DNA from: Balanoglossus misakiensis
Lineage: Eukaryota > Animalia > Hemichordata
Direction of reading: 5' to 3'
Assembly: GCA_040954595.2 (NCBI GenBank)
Contig: CM082578.2
Coordinates: forward strand, 5,500,831-5,564,830
DNA length: 64,000 nt
Part shown: in pieces, positions 39,850-51,774 of the stretch
Layout of the letters: each line of letters begins with the position of its first letter
Position numbering within the stretch: the first letter of the stretch is position 1
The notes under the pieces: generated by a model
Told to the model about the DNA's origin: nothing
The model's input: the letters and a program-made list of their open reading frames with translations, nothing else
Database searches by the model: none
Position numbers and translations under genes: made by a program

Positions 39850-41930
39850 TATACATCATTATCTCATTCGGTTATACCGTTGTTATTTAGTTGTCTTGGT
39901 ACTTGGTAGTGTTGTTGCCTTTATTTTTGGACTCGTGTCACCATTACTATATCATTACTTGGGCATTCGGTTGTTACTAGTATTATACCATTGTTCAAAC
40001 TTTCCATTTGATTTATTATATTGATTTTTTCATTGTTGATTGTTTGGTCATTATTTGGAGTTTATTTGGTCATTATTTTGTATTTACCGGTAGTTATTGT
40101 GCCAGAATTGGATTGGTCACCCTGATGCCATAATGTCATTATTTAGTCATTATTTGCCCTGATTATTCAACCTGTAAATATTGCTACTCCCTTTAAACTC
40201 TTACCCAGAAAACACTGCACGAAATGGTGACCATGGATTATTCCGCAAGAAGTGTGAAGTCTTGATCCTTCTCACGTCGACCAAACGACTCCAACACTGA
40301 CAGACTTGTGGATTCCTGCAGGTGGGGCTGACTGGCAGGCGATAAGTGATGCAGCCACACTTCTGGAGAACGCAACCGTCCGCCTCGTGAAGGCGCTATT
40401 AAAGATATACGGTCATTCAACCACTGTTACCATGGAAAACCCATGATTTTTTGCCAGAAACGCTCTTACCGGACATCCATGAAACCAGCGTGTGAGATTC
40501 AAGTTTCGTGTACAAAGTATAGAATATCATAAAAACTAGCTGACTTTGATTCTTTACTTGCACAGATGTAGACCAATCGAACTCTATGGACGAACTCGGC
40601 AACGCACGAATGGAAGAAAGAAGTACCCCGTCGTACAATTATACTACTATAGTATCATTTTCATTCTCAATACATATATTTTAACGCTGAGTTTGAGATC
40701 AGTACAACAATTCAAAGCCACTGCGGCCAGGCGGGAACCCAAAAGTGCGGTTTTGTGCCGGGCGGAGGAAAACTCTTTGCCGAAATATGTGCCTGTCACT
40801 TTCAATATAAACAACTCTCCTGCTATCTATGTATATACAGCGATCATTACATTGATAAAGCAGTAGTAGTGTTTTTGTACACGACGCCCAGGAAATAACG
40901 TACCATATACTCCAACGAAAAGAGGGGAAAACCAAAACCAAACAGCACCATCATTTTCTAGATCAACGGCATATCACCTTGCCAATACTCATCTTCACTT
41001 TGAAAGACTTGCGGAAAATGACTAAAATCGGACGAATACAAGTCCAAAGACGGCCAGTCACAACATGGCGTGTCAAAACCCATACTGAACGATGACTATT
41101 TACGTGAATTTGCATGTACTGGCGAAGAACGAAATTTAAACACAACACGTGACTAAAAGTTAAACATTCGTTCGCAGTCACCATGCATTATCTCCTTTTG
41201 GAAGTAGCTTGGCATTGCACTTAGCACATGTCCCTGCAGGGCACAACAAGCACTCCGCCTAAAGGTAGTCAAACGTCGCGCCAAGCTGCATATCCAGTCG
41301 ACCATCTCTGTATTCCTGCAGCTCAACAGGGTCACATATAACTTCAGCAAATTGCAACAGATTAGCATGTTGGAACGGAGAATTACGGCGATATGAAGTA
41401 CCCATTACCGACCATTTTCGTGTCAGAATCCTTCTGTATCCGTGTTGACAGTATGGAGGCTAAGGAGTGGTGTCCCCGTGCACTTTACGCAGTATTTCGA
41501 TTTATCAAAGGTTAGACTCAGTGAAGAGCATTGAAATACCCACTGGCAATACATCTGCTCAGTAACATGACCAGCCTCCAATATACAGAGAATTTAGATA
41601 AACCCGATGGCAGCACATTTGTAATCTAGTATTAACCGACTCAAACGAGTAAGAATAGCCGTGCAATTATTCTGAAAGAGTTTCTACAGTCGCCATTTTG
41701 TGCAACGGATTCTGGGTAAGAGTTCAGCTGGACTCCAGAGTTAAGTATGTTGGCAGTTAATGGGGGTCAAATAATAATAATATAAGAAAAATAATACATA
41801 AATAATATAAATAAAAGCCTGATAATGGTGACAAGGCTAATTTAGCGTAAGAACTAAATAAACATCGGAGAATAATGACCAAATAATTGAAATAAACGTC
41901 ACTCAAATAATTGAATAAAGACATAGCCCA
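39850..41930 (-). mobile_element. Decayed DNA transposon with long AT-rich inverted arms, probably Merlin/IS1595-like
   Basis: Inverted repeat AACTCTTACCCAGAA...AAATGG(T/C)GAC at 40196-40231 and 41689-41724. TTATTTGGTCA-type repeats outside it are in opposite orientations. Broken minus-strand motifs TSYRRNSPFQHANL, RNTEMVDW and VKNQSQLVF...YTKLESH. Outer limits are approximate. Confidence 0.45.
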
Positions 41931-43420
41931 TGGGGTTGATTCACACTTTCTCTTTACACTGGAATTTTAATATTTACTCCCTTGTCTCTCTCACACAACA
42001 CACAGAACAAACACAGTTTCAGTCAATTAAAGATACAAGTTAGAATAATATTACACTGCCCGATTAATATCTACTACAGATTTTCAGAAATGGTGGTCGC
42101 ACCATATATTGAAAAGAATCATTAAAACATGCAAATGAGCACTTTCTTGATCCGAAACTGCATTGATTGGTTTTGTATTGTCAAAACGACCATCATTTCT
42201 GACGTCGAGTAAAATTTCTTCAAATTATTATTGTATTAAATCCGTCATCTTCTAAAGCATTGCCAAACGTCAGAAAAAAAGCTTTATATTGATATAACTA
42301 CTGTTTTTGATACAAAACGTATTTGGCCGAGAAATGTATGATTAAAGGTATATCGTCATAAACCTATCCCGCCCTAAGACTATACACGAGCCATACCCAC
42401 ACATGTCACAAATATATCAGGTTATGCAAATTTGCTTTATAAATATCGATTGCTGTCAAATATCCACATTTTGTGCTTTCTCTGGTCAAATTGCGCACTA
42501 GATGTTCACTTTATTATCATGATTTTCAATGCCATGCAAGATACATGTAACTGCATTACTTCATACATGTATATATGATTTCACCAAGCGAAGGCTAACA
42601 TTTTACACAAGGCATGAGCTTAATAGCAGAGACCCAATTTGTACACCGGCAGATTGTACTATTGGAATGCATGGATATGACCCATGTATTCTACTGAATC
42701 ATCGTATATGGAGGTTCGACTACAAAGAGGCGGAAAGCAAATTACATTTTACAATGTCATTGACTTATGAGATAATCGAGGCAATCATTTTAAATCACAA
42801 CGATACTGCTAGAACATTATTAATGAAATATCTGTATAGATAGCTAATGTAGCATAAATTTATGGTTGTATCTTATACTGCAATAATATAGAAACCCAAA
42901 GCTAAAAAACATACAAATGCAACGCGTAAATTTGCAAACGTTATACTCGTGTGACACACGCTGAAAATGGTGAAACCATATCATCAATTGTCTGGTGCGT
43001 AGCGACCTATTTTCTTGTATGATTTCATAATCAAAATGGCGTAAATTAAACGGTTTTATTATAATATCTACCTGTACGTGAGATACGTATCAATCACTTC
43101 GAAAATATTGCCCAATTCAACCAAAACTGTACACATGCAATGTACTAGTATATGAAGCTGTGTTCAGCGGCGATATTTTATAACACTCATAGAATGGTTC
43201 GTGTCTTCAAATTTATGCCCTACTCAAATCTACTCCTAACATTTCTATTCATGTGTGATAACATTTAGACGTCGTACATCTTGTGACAGCTACATTGTAC
43301 AACAGCGCGAAATAATGCTGAAATAAGTCTTTCTGTGGAGAACGTGTTGAATAGCAGTGTTTTTTGAATTTGAAAATAGTGTTCGTCTCTATGAGGATTC
43401 AAATCACATACCAGTACTAC

Positions 43421-46400
43421 GGCGCGCCAAGTGTTTCAAAATTATTTATCATTATTTTATAGAAAATTGATGTCTTTTAGCAAAAAAAATACGTAAAAAA
43501 CACAAAAAACTGATTGGTGGTTTAAAAAACAACGAGTGTAAAAAGTAATCCATCGTGGAGTCAAAAAACAACAACAACAACAAAAAAACTAACACACACA
43601 GAAGAAAATCTCACCTGTTGTCAAAAAAACCCCACCAAGCTTACCAAAAAAAACGTCCACAAGGAAGTTGCAAAAAAACCCCACTAATTTGTCACAAAAA
43701 AACCACGCGCACATTTTTCACGAAAAACGCACACTTCACCCCACAACAAATACACACAAAGTATTAAAAAGAACACTCTTTGAAAAAAAAGAGAGACTAC
43801 AGCTTAAAAAATGCACACACCAGAACAAACAACACAGGCAAACATAGAAAAAACACGAACATGTTAGCCGTAAAAAACGGAGATATTTGTCACCGAAAAA
43901 ACCCGCACTCATGTCACCCCAAAACTAACGGGCCACTTAAAAAAAACGCAGATGCACTGAGGTTGCAAAAATAAGCACATTTTTAATCCCCCGAAAAAAA
44001 CCCAGGCAATTTGCAAAAAAAAAACACAGCAATTTGCAAAAAAAAAAAAATAGGAACATTTGTCACCCAAAAAAAACAGGCAATTTGAAAAAAAAAACGC
44101 AGAGCAATTTGCAAAAAAAAAATAATAGGAACATTTGTCACCCAAAAAAACAGGCAATTTGAAAAAAAACGCAGAGCAATTTGCACCAAAAAAAAAAAAA
44201 ATAGGAACATTTGTCACCCAAAAAAACAGGCAATTTGAAAAAAAAACGCAGAGCAATTTGCACAAAAAAAAAGTAATAGAAACATTTGTCACCCCAAAAA
44301 AACAGGCAATTTGAAAAAAAAAACACGATATAAAATTTGAAAAAAAAATATATAGGCACATTTGTCACCCAAAATATTCAGGCAGATCCAAGTTGTAAAA
44401 AATGGTATATTTGTCATCCAAAAAATAAAACAATCGTGTTTAAAAAAACGAGCATTCAGTTGTAAAAATAAATAATAGTCTTTAACAACTTGAAAAAAAA
44501 ACCGGACGCATTTGAAAGAATAGCGTATGCGCATGCGCCGAAAAAAAAAATGAGTGAGAAATGCGCTCCAAAAAAAAAAGTGAGAGATTTTGCTAGAGGA
44601 GTCTGGGTAATCTTAAAAAAAAACAGTGTGTGAAAATAAGTTGACTCGAAGAAGAGAAAAGAAAGGGGAAACACACAAACCGTCACACAGGACAAACAAC
44701 AGTCTCCTCATCGCCGAGGCGTACGCGTGATGATATGACAAGTGTTTACGTCTGTGAGGTGGTGTGTATCACTGTATGTGTCGGATAGAACGCGAGTCGA
44801 CTAGAATCCGAGTCGACTGAAGGTTACTGCGGTGGACGCGAATATATGGTCGCCATTGTGGGATTCCTTCGTGAAGGAAGTGAAGCCACTTGTTCGGGAC
44901 CACATATGACCGGAGCGTTGCGTTTAACATGGTCGAACGAACTGTCATTATGGACAACTCCTGCTGTAACCTGTGATGCTGAAACGTACAATAACTTTCC
45001 ATATTCTTTTGTACAGTACACAGAGTTTCAACGCGGATGACGCGGAGACGATCAACTAATTATGGACTGAGCGACTCCTTTGGGGTATTTGACCTTTTAC
45101 CAGCCAAATGTAAACAAACGATTTGCGGTGAATTCATACACATGACAACGATTTCCCGAAGATCATTCATACCCCACTTTGAAAAATACAACAAATAACA
45201 AACAGTTTCTAAATAAAATATTTTTTTCCCATATTTTTAAGTTGTCAAAACTGGGCTGATTTTTTGTATAGTTCGCTAGTACTGCACAGAAGACAGTATT
45301 AGTTGTGGGCACCATGCCAACTCTTACGTTATGGGCAACGTTCAGTTCTGCCGTTTGGGGTTTAGATTTGTCTTAAATTTCACGATTTCTGTAGACCAAA
45401 TCTAGAATAGCAAACCGCGGACGTAGTGCCAGTGGTGTCATGTTTGACTGTGTGGTATCATGACGGTATCATGTTTATGTGGTCCCGAACAAGTGGCTTC
45501 ACTTCCTTCACGAAGGAATCCCACAATGGCGACCATATATTCGCGTCCACCACAGTAACCTTCAGTCGACTCGGATTCTAGTCGACTCGCGTTCTATCCG
45601 ACACATACAGTGATACACACCACCTCACAGACGTAAACACTTGTCATATCATCACGCGTACGCCTCGGCGATGAGGAGTCCTGTGTGACGGTTTGTGTGT
45701 TTCCCCTTTCTTTTCTCTTCTTCGAGTCAACTTATTTTCACACACTGTTTTTTTTTTAAGATTACCCAGACTCCTCTAGCAAAATCTCTCACTTTTTTTT
45801 TTTGGAGCGCATTTCTCACTCATTTTTTTTTTCGGCGCATGCGCATACGCTATTCTTTCAAACGCGTCCGGGTTTTTTTTCAAGTTGTTAAAGACTATTA
45901 TTTATTTTTACAACTGAATGCTCGTTTTTTTAAACACGATTGTTTTATTTTTTGGATGACAAATATACCATTTTTTACAACTTGGATCTGCCTGAATATT
46001 TTGGGTGACAAATGTGCCTATATATTTTTTTTTCAAATTTTATATCGTGTTTTTTTTTTCAAATTGCCTGTTTTTTTGGGGTGACAAATGTTCCTATTAT
46101 TTTTTTGTGTGCAAATTGCTCTGCGTTTTTTTTTTCAAATTGCCTGTTTTTTTTCGGTGACAAATGTTCCTATTATTTTTTTTTTGCAAATTGCTCTGCG
46201 TTTTTTTTCAAATTGCCTGTTTTTTTTGGGTGACAAATGTTCCTATTTTTTTTTTTTGCAAATGCTGTGCGTTTTTTTTTCAAATTGCCTGTGTTTTTTT
46301 TCGGTGGATTAAAATGTGCTTATTTTTGCAACCTCAATGCATCTGCGTTTTTTTAAGTGGCCCGTTAGTTTTGGGGTGACATGAGTGCGGGTTTTTTCGG

Positions 46401-46891
46401 TGACAAATATCTCCGTTTTTTTATGGCTAACATGTTCGTGTTTTTTCTATGTTTGCCTGTGTTGTTTGTTCTGGGGGTGTGCATTTTTTTCAAGTTGTAG
46501 TCTCTCTCTCTCTTTTTTTTTTTACAAAGAGTGTTCTTTTTAATACTTTGTGTGTATTTTTTGTGGGGGTGAAGTGTGCGTTTTTCGTGAAAAATGTGCG
46601 CCTCTTTTTTTTGTCACAAATGAGTGATTTTTTGAGCAACTGCCTTGTGGACGTATTTTTTTCGGTAAGCTTGGTGGGGTTTTTTTGACAACAGGTGACA
46701 TTTTCTTCTGTGTGTGTTAGGTTTTTTTTTTTTTTTTTTTTGTTTTTTTACTCCACGACGGATTACTTTTTACACTCGTTGTTTTTTGAACCACCAATCA
46801 GTTTTTTGTGTGTTTTTTACGTATTTTTTTAAAAAAAGACATTAATTTTCTATAAAATAATGATAAATAATTTTGAAACACTTGGCGCGCC
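43421..46891. mobile_element. Foldback-type DNA transposon: ~1.45-kb inverted arms with internal tandem repeats and a 569-bp spacer
   Basis: Arms 43421-44906 and 45476-46891 are near-identical reverse complements starting GGCGCGCCAAGTGTTTC. GTACTAC flanks both ends. There are 5 versus 4 copies of a ~75-bp A-tract repeat (CATTTGTCACC core). Confidence 0.9.
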
Positions 46892-47109
46892 GTACTACCA
46901 GTACACACACAGAAGTAAAACTGCGCATGTGTATAAAATATCGCACTGTCAGGTTAGACCCCAAACACACAAAATAAAGCTAAAATGACGTCAATATATG
47001 ATTGGCTCCAAATGAAAGTGTTTCCTAAAACGTGGAAATGACACTGTATAGTTCGGGTGCCAGATACATGTGTGTCGGAAGGACTTACAACGACAACCTT
47101 TTCGGTCAG

Positions 47110-48345
47110 CAAATCAAATGTATAGTACACGCAACTGCACAGATGGCACAGTCAAATCAGACCAATTTTGACGAGACCCAAACAATAATAGTTCGATTCT
47201 ATCCGCATTGGGTTTCAAAAGAATATCTGCCATCCAATTATGAACATGACAAATACGGGTATCTAAACGTGAAAAAAATATATAACGAATGTTTTCCATT
47301 TCGAAACCCGGAAACAATTGTGTGTCATCCACGTAGACGTGAAAATCGGTGTCTTTCGGCTGAATATTGTCAAATGCCGCGGAAAGATCGAACATAATCA
47401 CTTTACGAACAACTAGGGCAATTTGTTGTCATTTTGAACACGAATCAGGATAGACTGAATGAGGGGAGACTGCTTGATTAAATTACGTATAATTCATCTT
47501 CCGTGGCGGGTTCATATGATGAGAGACTTAAAGACGACTTGTTTTATTTTGTCACAGACAGTGACAGCTGAATGAATTTTATAGCCATGTTGCTGCTGTA
47601 AATCAATACGGATTTTCTGTATTTTTTCCACGAAGAAATTTGATTTTCTCTCTCTCGAATACTACGTGGTAAATCACCAAGACAAGAGTGCGATGGAAGT
47701 AGAGATTCCGTGGACGTGTGTAGTTCACTAATTCACACTGAGAATTTTTTTTACGATGTAAAACAGCTTTTTATTTGTACTTCTGTCTCTCACAATTTTG
47801 GAATAAAACCTGATCTAAGCTTTTTCAATCAGCAGATTCACTAATTCACATTGATTTTTTTTCATCTCTCTATTTACCACCAATTTTATCATTCTTCACC
47901 TCTCTTCAGTCCGTCTTCTCTTCTGTGTTCCTTTTAGAACCTCATTTGTGTAACACTTTGTATTGGGTCTCAGGATGACAGAGCGATTCCGTAAAGGTGT
48001 ATTGGCGATCCGACAGCTGTTAAAGTCATTGCTATTCTGTGGAATTAATCCATATAGGGACTATACATAATTGGTCAAAGGAGTTGAATTTTCCACGTAG
48101 TGACAACAATTTGCATTATCAATGGTTTGTATTTGACGAAAAGAGGTTGCTTTTCGTAGCCGGAAGTATTTTAACCATCTCAAATTTGAAAAATACAGTA
48201 TGGTGGTCAGTGAGTGTGTCAGTGATCTTAATATCTTTGAGCAGTGATGATTCTGATGATCGGGTGACAATCAAATCTAACAAATGTGCGCTTTGATGAG
48301 TGGGTTTATTCAAATGCTGATAAGGTTTGATGACTCCAAGATATT
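47110..48345 (-). mobile_element. Decayed, internally deleted L2-clade LINE (EN end to RT)
   Basis: KPTHQSAHLLDLIVTR...TDHHTV (endonuclease C-terminal motifs) at ~48170-48310. FDLSAAFDNI, YVDDTQL and NWMADILLKPNADRIELLLFGS at 47170-47400. Confidence 0.85.
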
Positions 48346-48377
48346 ATTTAAACAACATATTTATTTATCTATATATC

Positions 48378-48434
48378 CTGACTGACCGACTGACTGACTG
48401 ACTGACTAACTGACTGACTGACTGACTGACTGAC
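48378..48434. repeat. (CTGA)n tetranucleotide microsatellite
   Basis: About 14 imperfect copies. Confidence 0.9.
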
Positions 48435-49428
48435 TTACTCACATAGACCAGGCATAAAGCACATTTACAAATACCTTAGGAAAATATAAAAAACAAACAC
48501 ATAAAAGATAAATGTCAAGGAAAGTAATTTTAACAGATAAAAAGTGAAATCACGATAAAAAACACATCATTGAAAACAACAAAACTCGAAAACTACTAAA
48601 AACTATCTGCAGCACACACCGAAAGGTAGAAGCAGAACTGAACAGGCCAGTGTTCGGATGGGCTTTTTAAACATCATTTAGAGTGGTTACACATCTTTAA
48701 AGGGGGAATATCTTCTCACATTAATTCTAGAGGCGCTAATGTGGAAAATGTGGTATTTACATAGCTGTCTACTTGGTACGTGATTAGAATATACTTTGAT
48801 TCAAAATGGATGGAAATTAGTGTGTGCACTAACCCGTTTGTAAACAAAAGTATCATCATAACTATTCTGGGATAATTGAATGTGACACGTTTGAAACGAG
48901 AGAAATGTGGTGTACCTTAGGAGACACTGATGATATTAAACTTTTTTTCTTGTTTAAACAAAACAAGATGACGTATACTGCGAGTACGTGGTAGTTTGTA
49001 GTCTGGTATACTATTTTTAGCTATTTAATTTTTAGCTAATTAACTTGCGTTTATCCCAAATAGTTCCAATCGAGTACATCTAAATATTTCTAACCAGCGG
49101 TGGAAGCTTAAATCTGGCAAATAGAGAATTGTTATTCTGCCGAATGATCATTTGATATAAAACTTACAATGTTAATACATTTTTGCTGAACACGTTCGAT
49201 TTTATCTATTTGCGTTACTTGCCATGGAGATCATATGTCACTGTAGTATTCTACATGGCATCATGTGACTCAGATACAAAAATAATAATAACTTATTGCG
49301 TTTCAAGACGTCAGGTCCAAATGCATGGAGAACATTCAATTCTCAAATAAAGTGATCCATCGCACAAATACAAATTAAGTGCTAAGTGCAGAATTACAGA
49401 GAAAGTTGAACAATATTATACATACACT

Positions 49429-49740
49429 CTATGAAGGGCAGGTGGCTGTTCTTCTCACAGCCATAGCTTTATAGACATAGTGGCAAATATTCAGTAATAC
49501 CTGTGAATCTGTGGACCTCATAAGCCTTTTGAATTTGTCGTAGTTTGGGTCAAGGAAATCACTTCGTGGTAAATATTTGATTCTGATGCTGTTATAAGGA
49601 GAACAAATTAACAAAGAGTGGTACTCGTCCTCAATATCACCAGAGTTACATAACTTACAATACTCAGATACAAATACCCTAGTGTAGAAATATTTGAAAA
49701 TTTGGCAATGTTATGCGACAATTTAACCCAAGCCAGCTGT
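49429..49740 (-). mobile_element. Non-LTR retrotransposon 3' fragment with C-terminal CCHC zinc knuckle
   Basis: CKLCNSGDIEDEYHSLLICSPYNSIRIKYL...KFKRLM followed by a stop. Confidence 0.75.
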
Positions 49741-49789
49741 TTATAGTTTCAAATTGAATAGGCATACAACAATTTAAGAAGTGCCAACT

Positions 49790-50560
49790 TGTATACATGG
49801 TTGGCAGAAATCGATGATTTTATCATCGGACACAAAGAAACTCCAAGCTAGTTTGAATTTGGCAGTAATTTCTACCTATTGCACCATTTGTAAACTGTAC
49901 ATCATCAATGTTTGCTTGAAAGGAAGTGAAATCATGTTTCGCACTTATTAGGCGCACTTATTGGCCTCGTCAGCATACACTGAGCACTGCCACAATAATG
50001 ATCTGGACAATGAACGATATCTGGCATGACGTCATTGACGTACAGAACGAACACAAGTGGCCCAATTAAGGGACCTTGAGGTCCAGCTGACGTGACATCA
50101 CATGATGATAACATGTGACCAACCAATGATAACTATATGCTGTGTTCTACTTTGGAGGTACGATGTAAGCCAGGATATTACATTACCAGAGAAACCATAT
50201 GCGCTCAGTTTATGTAACGGTAAAGTACGTGACACAGTGTCGAAAGCTTTACTGAAATCTGTATATATAAACGCTATCTATCTGTAACTTCTTTATCAAT
50301 AGCATTTGTTCTGAAATCGACATAACCTACTAAGTCTCTGTGGGTGGATCGACCTTTCATAAAACAATGTAAGGATTCTCAGATATATTACCGAACACGA
50401 GGGAACAGGTGGGCGTAAGCGAATTTCACGACACCTTTACAAACTAATGACAGCACAGATACTGGACGGTATAGTACTGTTAACTATCTTTCAGTTGTCA
50501 CAAGATTTAAAGACTGATGTTACATTTGTAGGTTTGGAAGCCAATGGAAACACTGTAAAG
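49790..50560 (-). mobile_element. CR1-type LINE RT fragment
   Basis: YRPVSVL, DFSKAFDTVS, KLSAYGFSGNVISWLTSYL and DVTSAGPQGPLIGPLVFVLYVND; frameshifted. Confidence 0.8.
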
Positions 50561-50808
50561 ACTGTTAAAAATGACGCGTAATGGAGTGGCAAGTTCATGC
50601 TTTTAGAATACCCACCAGGCAGAAGATCTGGCACTACCGCTTTGTTAGTTCAAACATGTATAGCTCATGTATACAACATTTAATTGATCGACAACTTAAT
50701 GGTGTTACTGGGAGGGATGCTTAAATCGTCGATTTCATAACCGTAGTAGTTATTTATGTGACAGTTCAATGGTGATGCTAAGGTCATCAAATCATACACA
50801 TAAAACAG

Positions 50809-51155
50809 TATACACATGATGACTGACAATGAGGGCAACAGTGTATTTTGATGACCGAGGGCGCTGCTAGTCACAACTAAAACAGTCTTGTTTTCCCGAG
50901 GGCATAGCCCGAGGGAAAACAGACTGTTTTGGTGTGACTGGCAGTCCTGAGGTCATAAAAATACACTGTTGCAAGATTATGTCAGTCATCATGTGTTTTA
51001 TAACACACCAAATATGACACATACCACATCCAGGCAACAGTACCGGGCAGAAACCGATCGAACTGATGACCTAGGGAACAGTTCGAAATGACTAAGGTCA
51101 CGTGACGGCGTATTGGCGAATCACGATCGAGGGTTCCCTGCATGGTGTGTTATAA
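50809..51155. mobile_element. Double-hairpin MITE, family B, copy 2
   Basis: Reverse complement of 28876-29182, with an extra ~40 bp at ~51011-51050. Confidence 0.8.
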
Positions 51156-51774
51156 TTACAGTTATTCTCCCAGCCAGGGAAAGGGTTTTAATGCACAATT
51201 TTAGAGAGGCAAACTGTGGAAGAGATCGTAGACATTTCAGTACCCAGGGTTTCACCGTTTCTCCGGCAGTCATCACCTGGGATGCAACAAACCGCGTGAA
51301 TAATCAGAGTTTCCAATACTTAACCACTTAATATATTAGTATTATCTTGTGCGCTCATGATAGTATCTCGAGATCATGAGATATTATCTCGAGACCACGA
51401 GATAATAATGCGTGTATCCCTTATCACCGGTGTTCAGTTGGCATGCCTATATACATGCAGGTTAGGTACATGTATAATTTCAATTGGAAAAAAATGTTTA
51501 CAATTTATTCCTTGCAACAAATTGTAAATGTATCGATCAAAAACAGGTGTATATTTTGCAACTCTGGGAATACGATTATATTCATACAGTTCTATCAAGT
51601 ATCTGATAAGATGACATTAGGCATTTAGGCTTCAGGCGTTAAAGGTATACGGTCACCTGAATTTGAACAGCCAATCGCTGATTTTCAGGGGGTGGCACAA
51701 GCGAAAAAAAGGGCGCCACCTAGCGACCGTTACTGGCTGGCTGGCTGGGTTGACCCCCTGCGTCGGGTCATAAA

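Noticed and set aside
43980-44420. CRISPR-like periodic array
   Set aside because: The units are tandem copies with no unique spacers, there are no cas genes, and the context is eukaryotic.
43555-46688. Many Lys-rich and Phe-rich ORFs
   Set aside because: Artefacts of the A/T tracts in the foldback arms; they mirror each other across the palindrome.
51355-51410. Short TATCTCGAGA repeats
   Set aside because: Too short to define an element; probably a MITE remnant.
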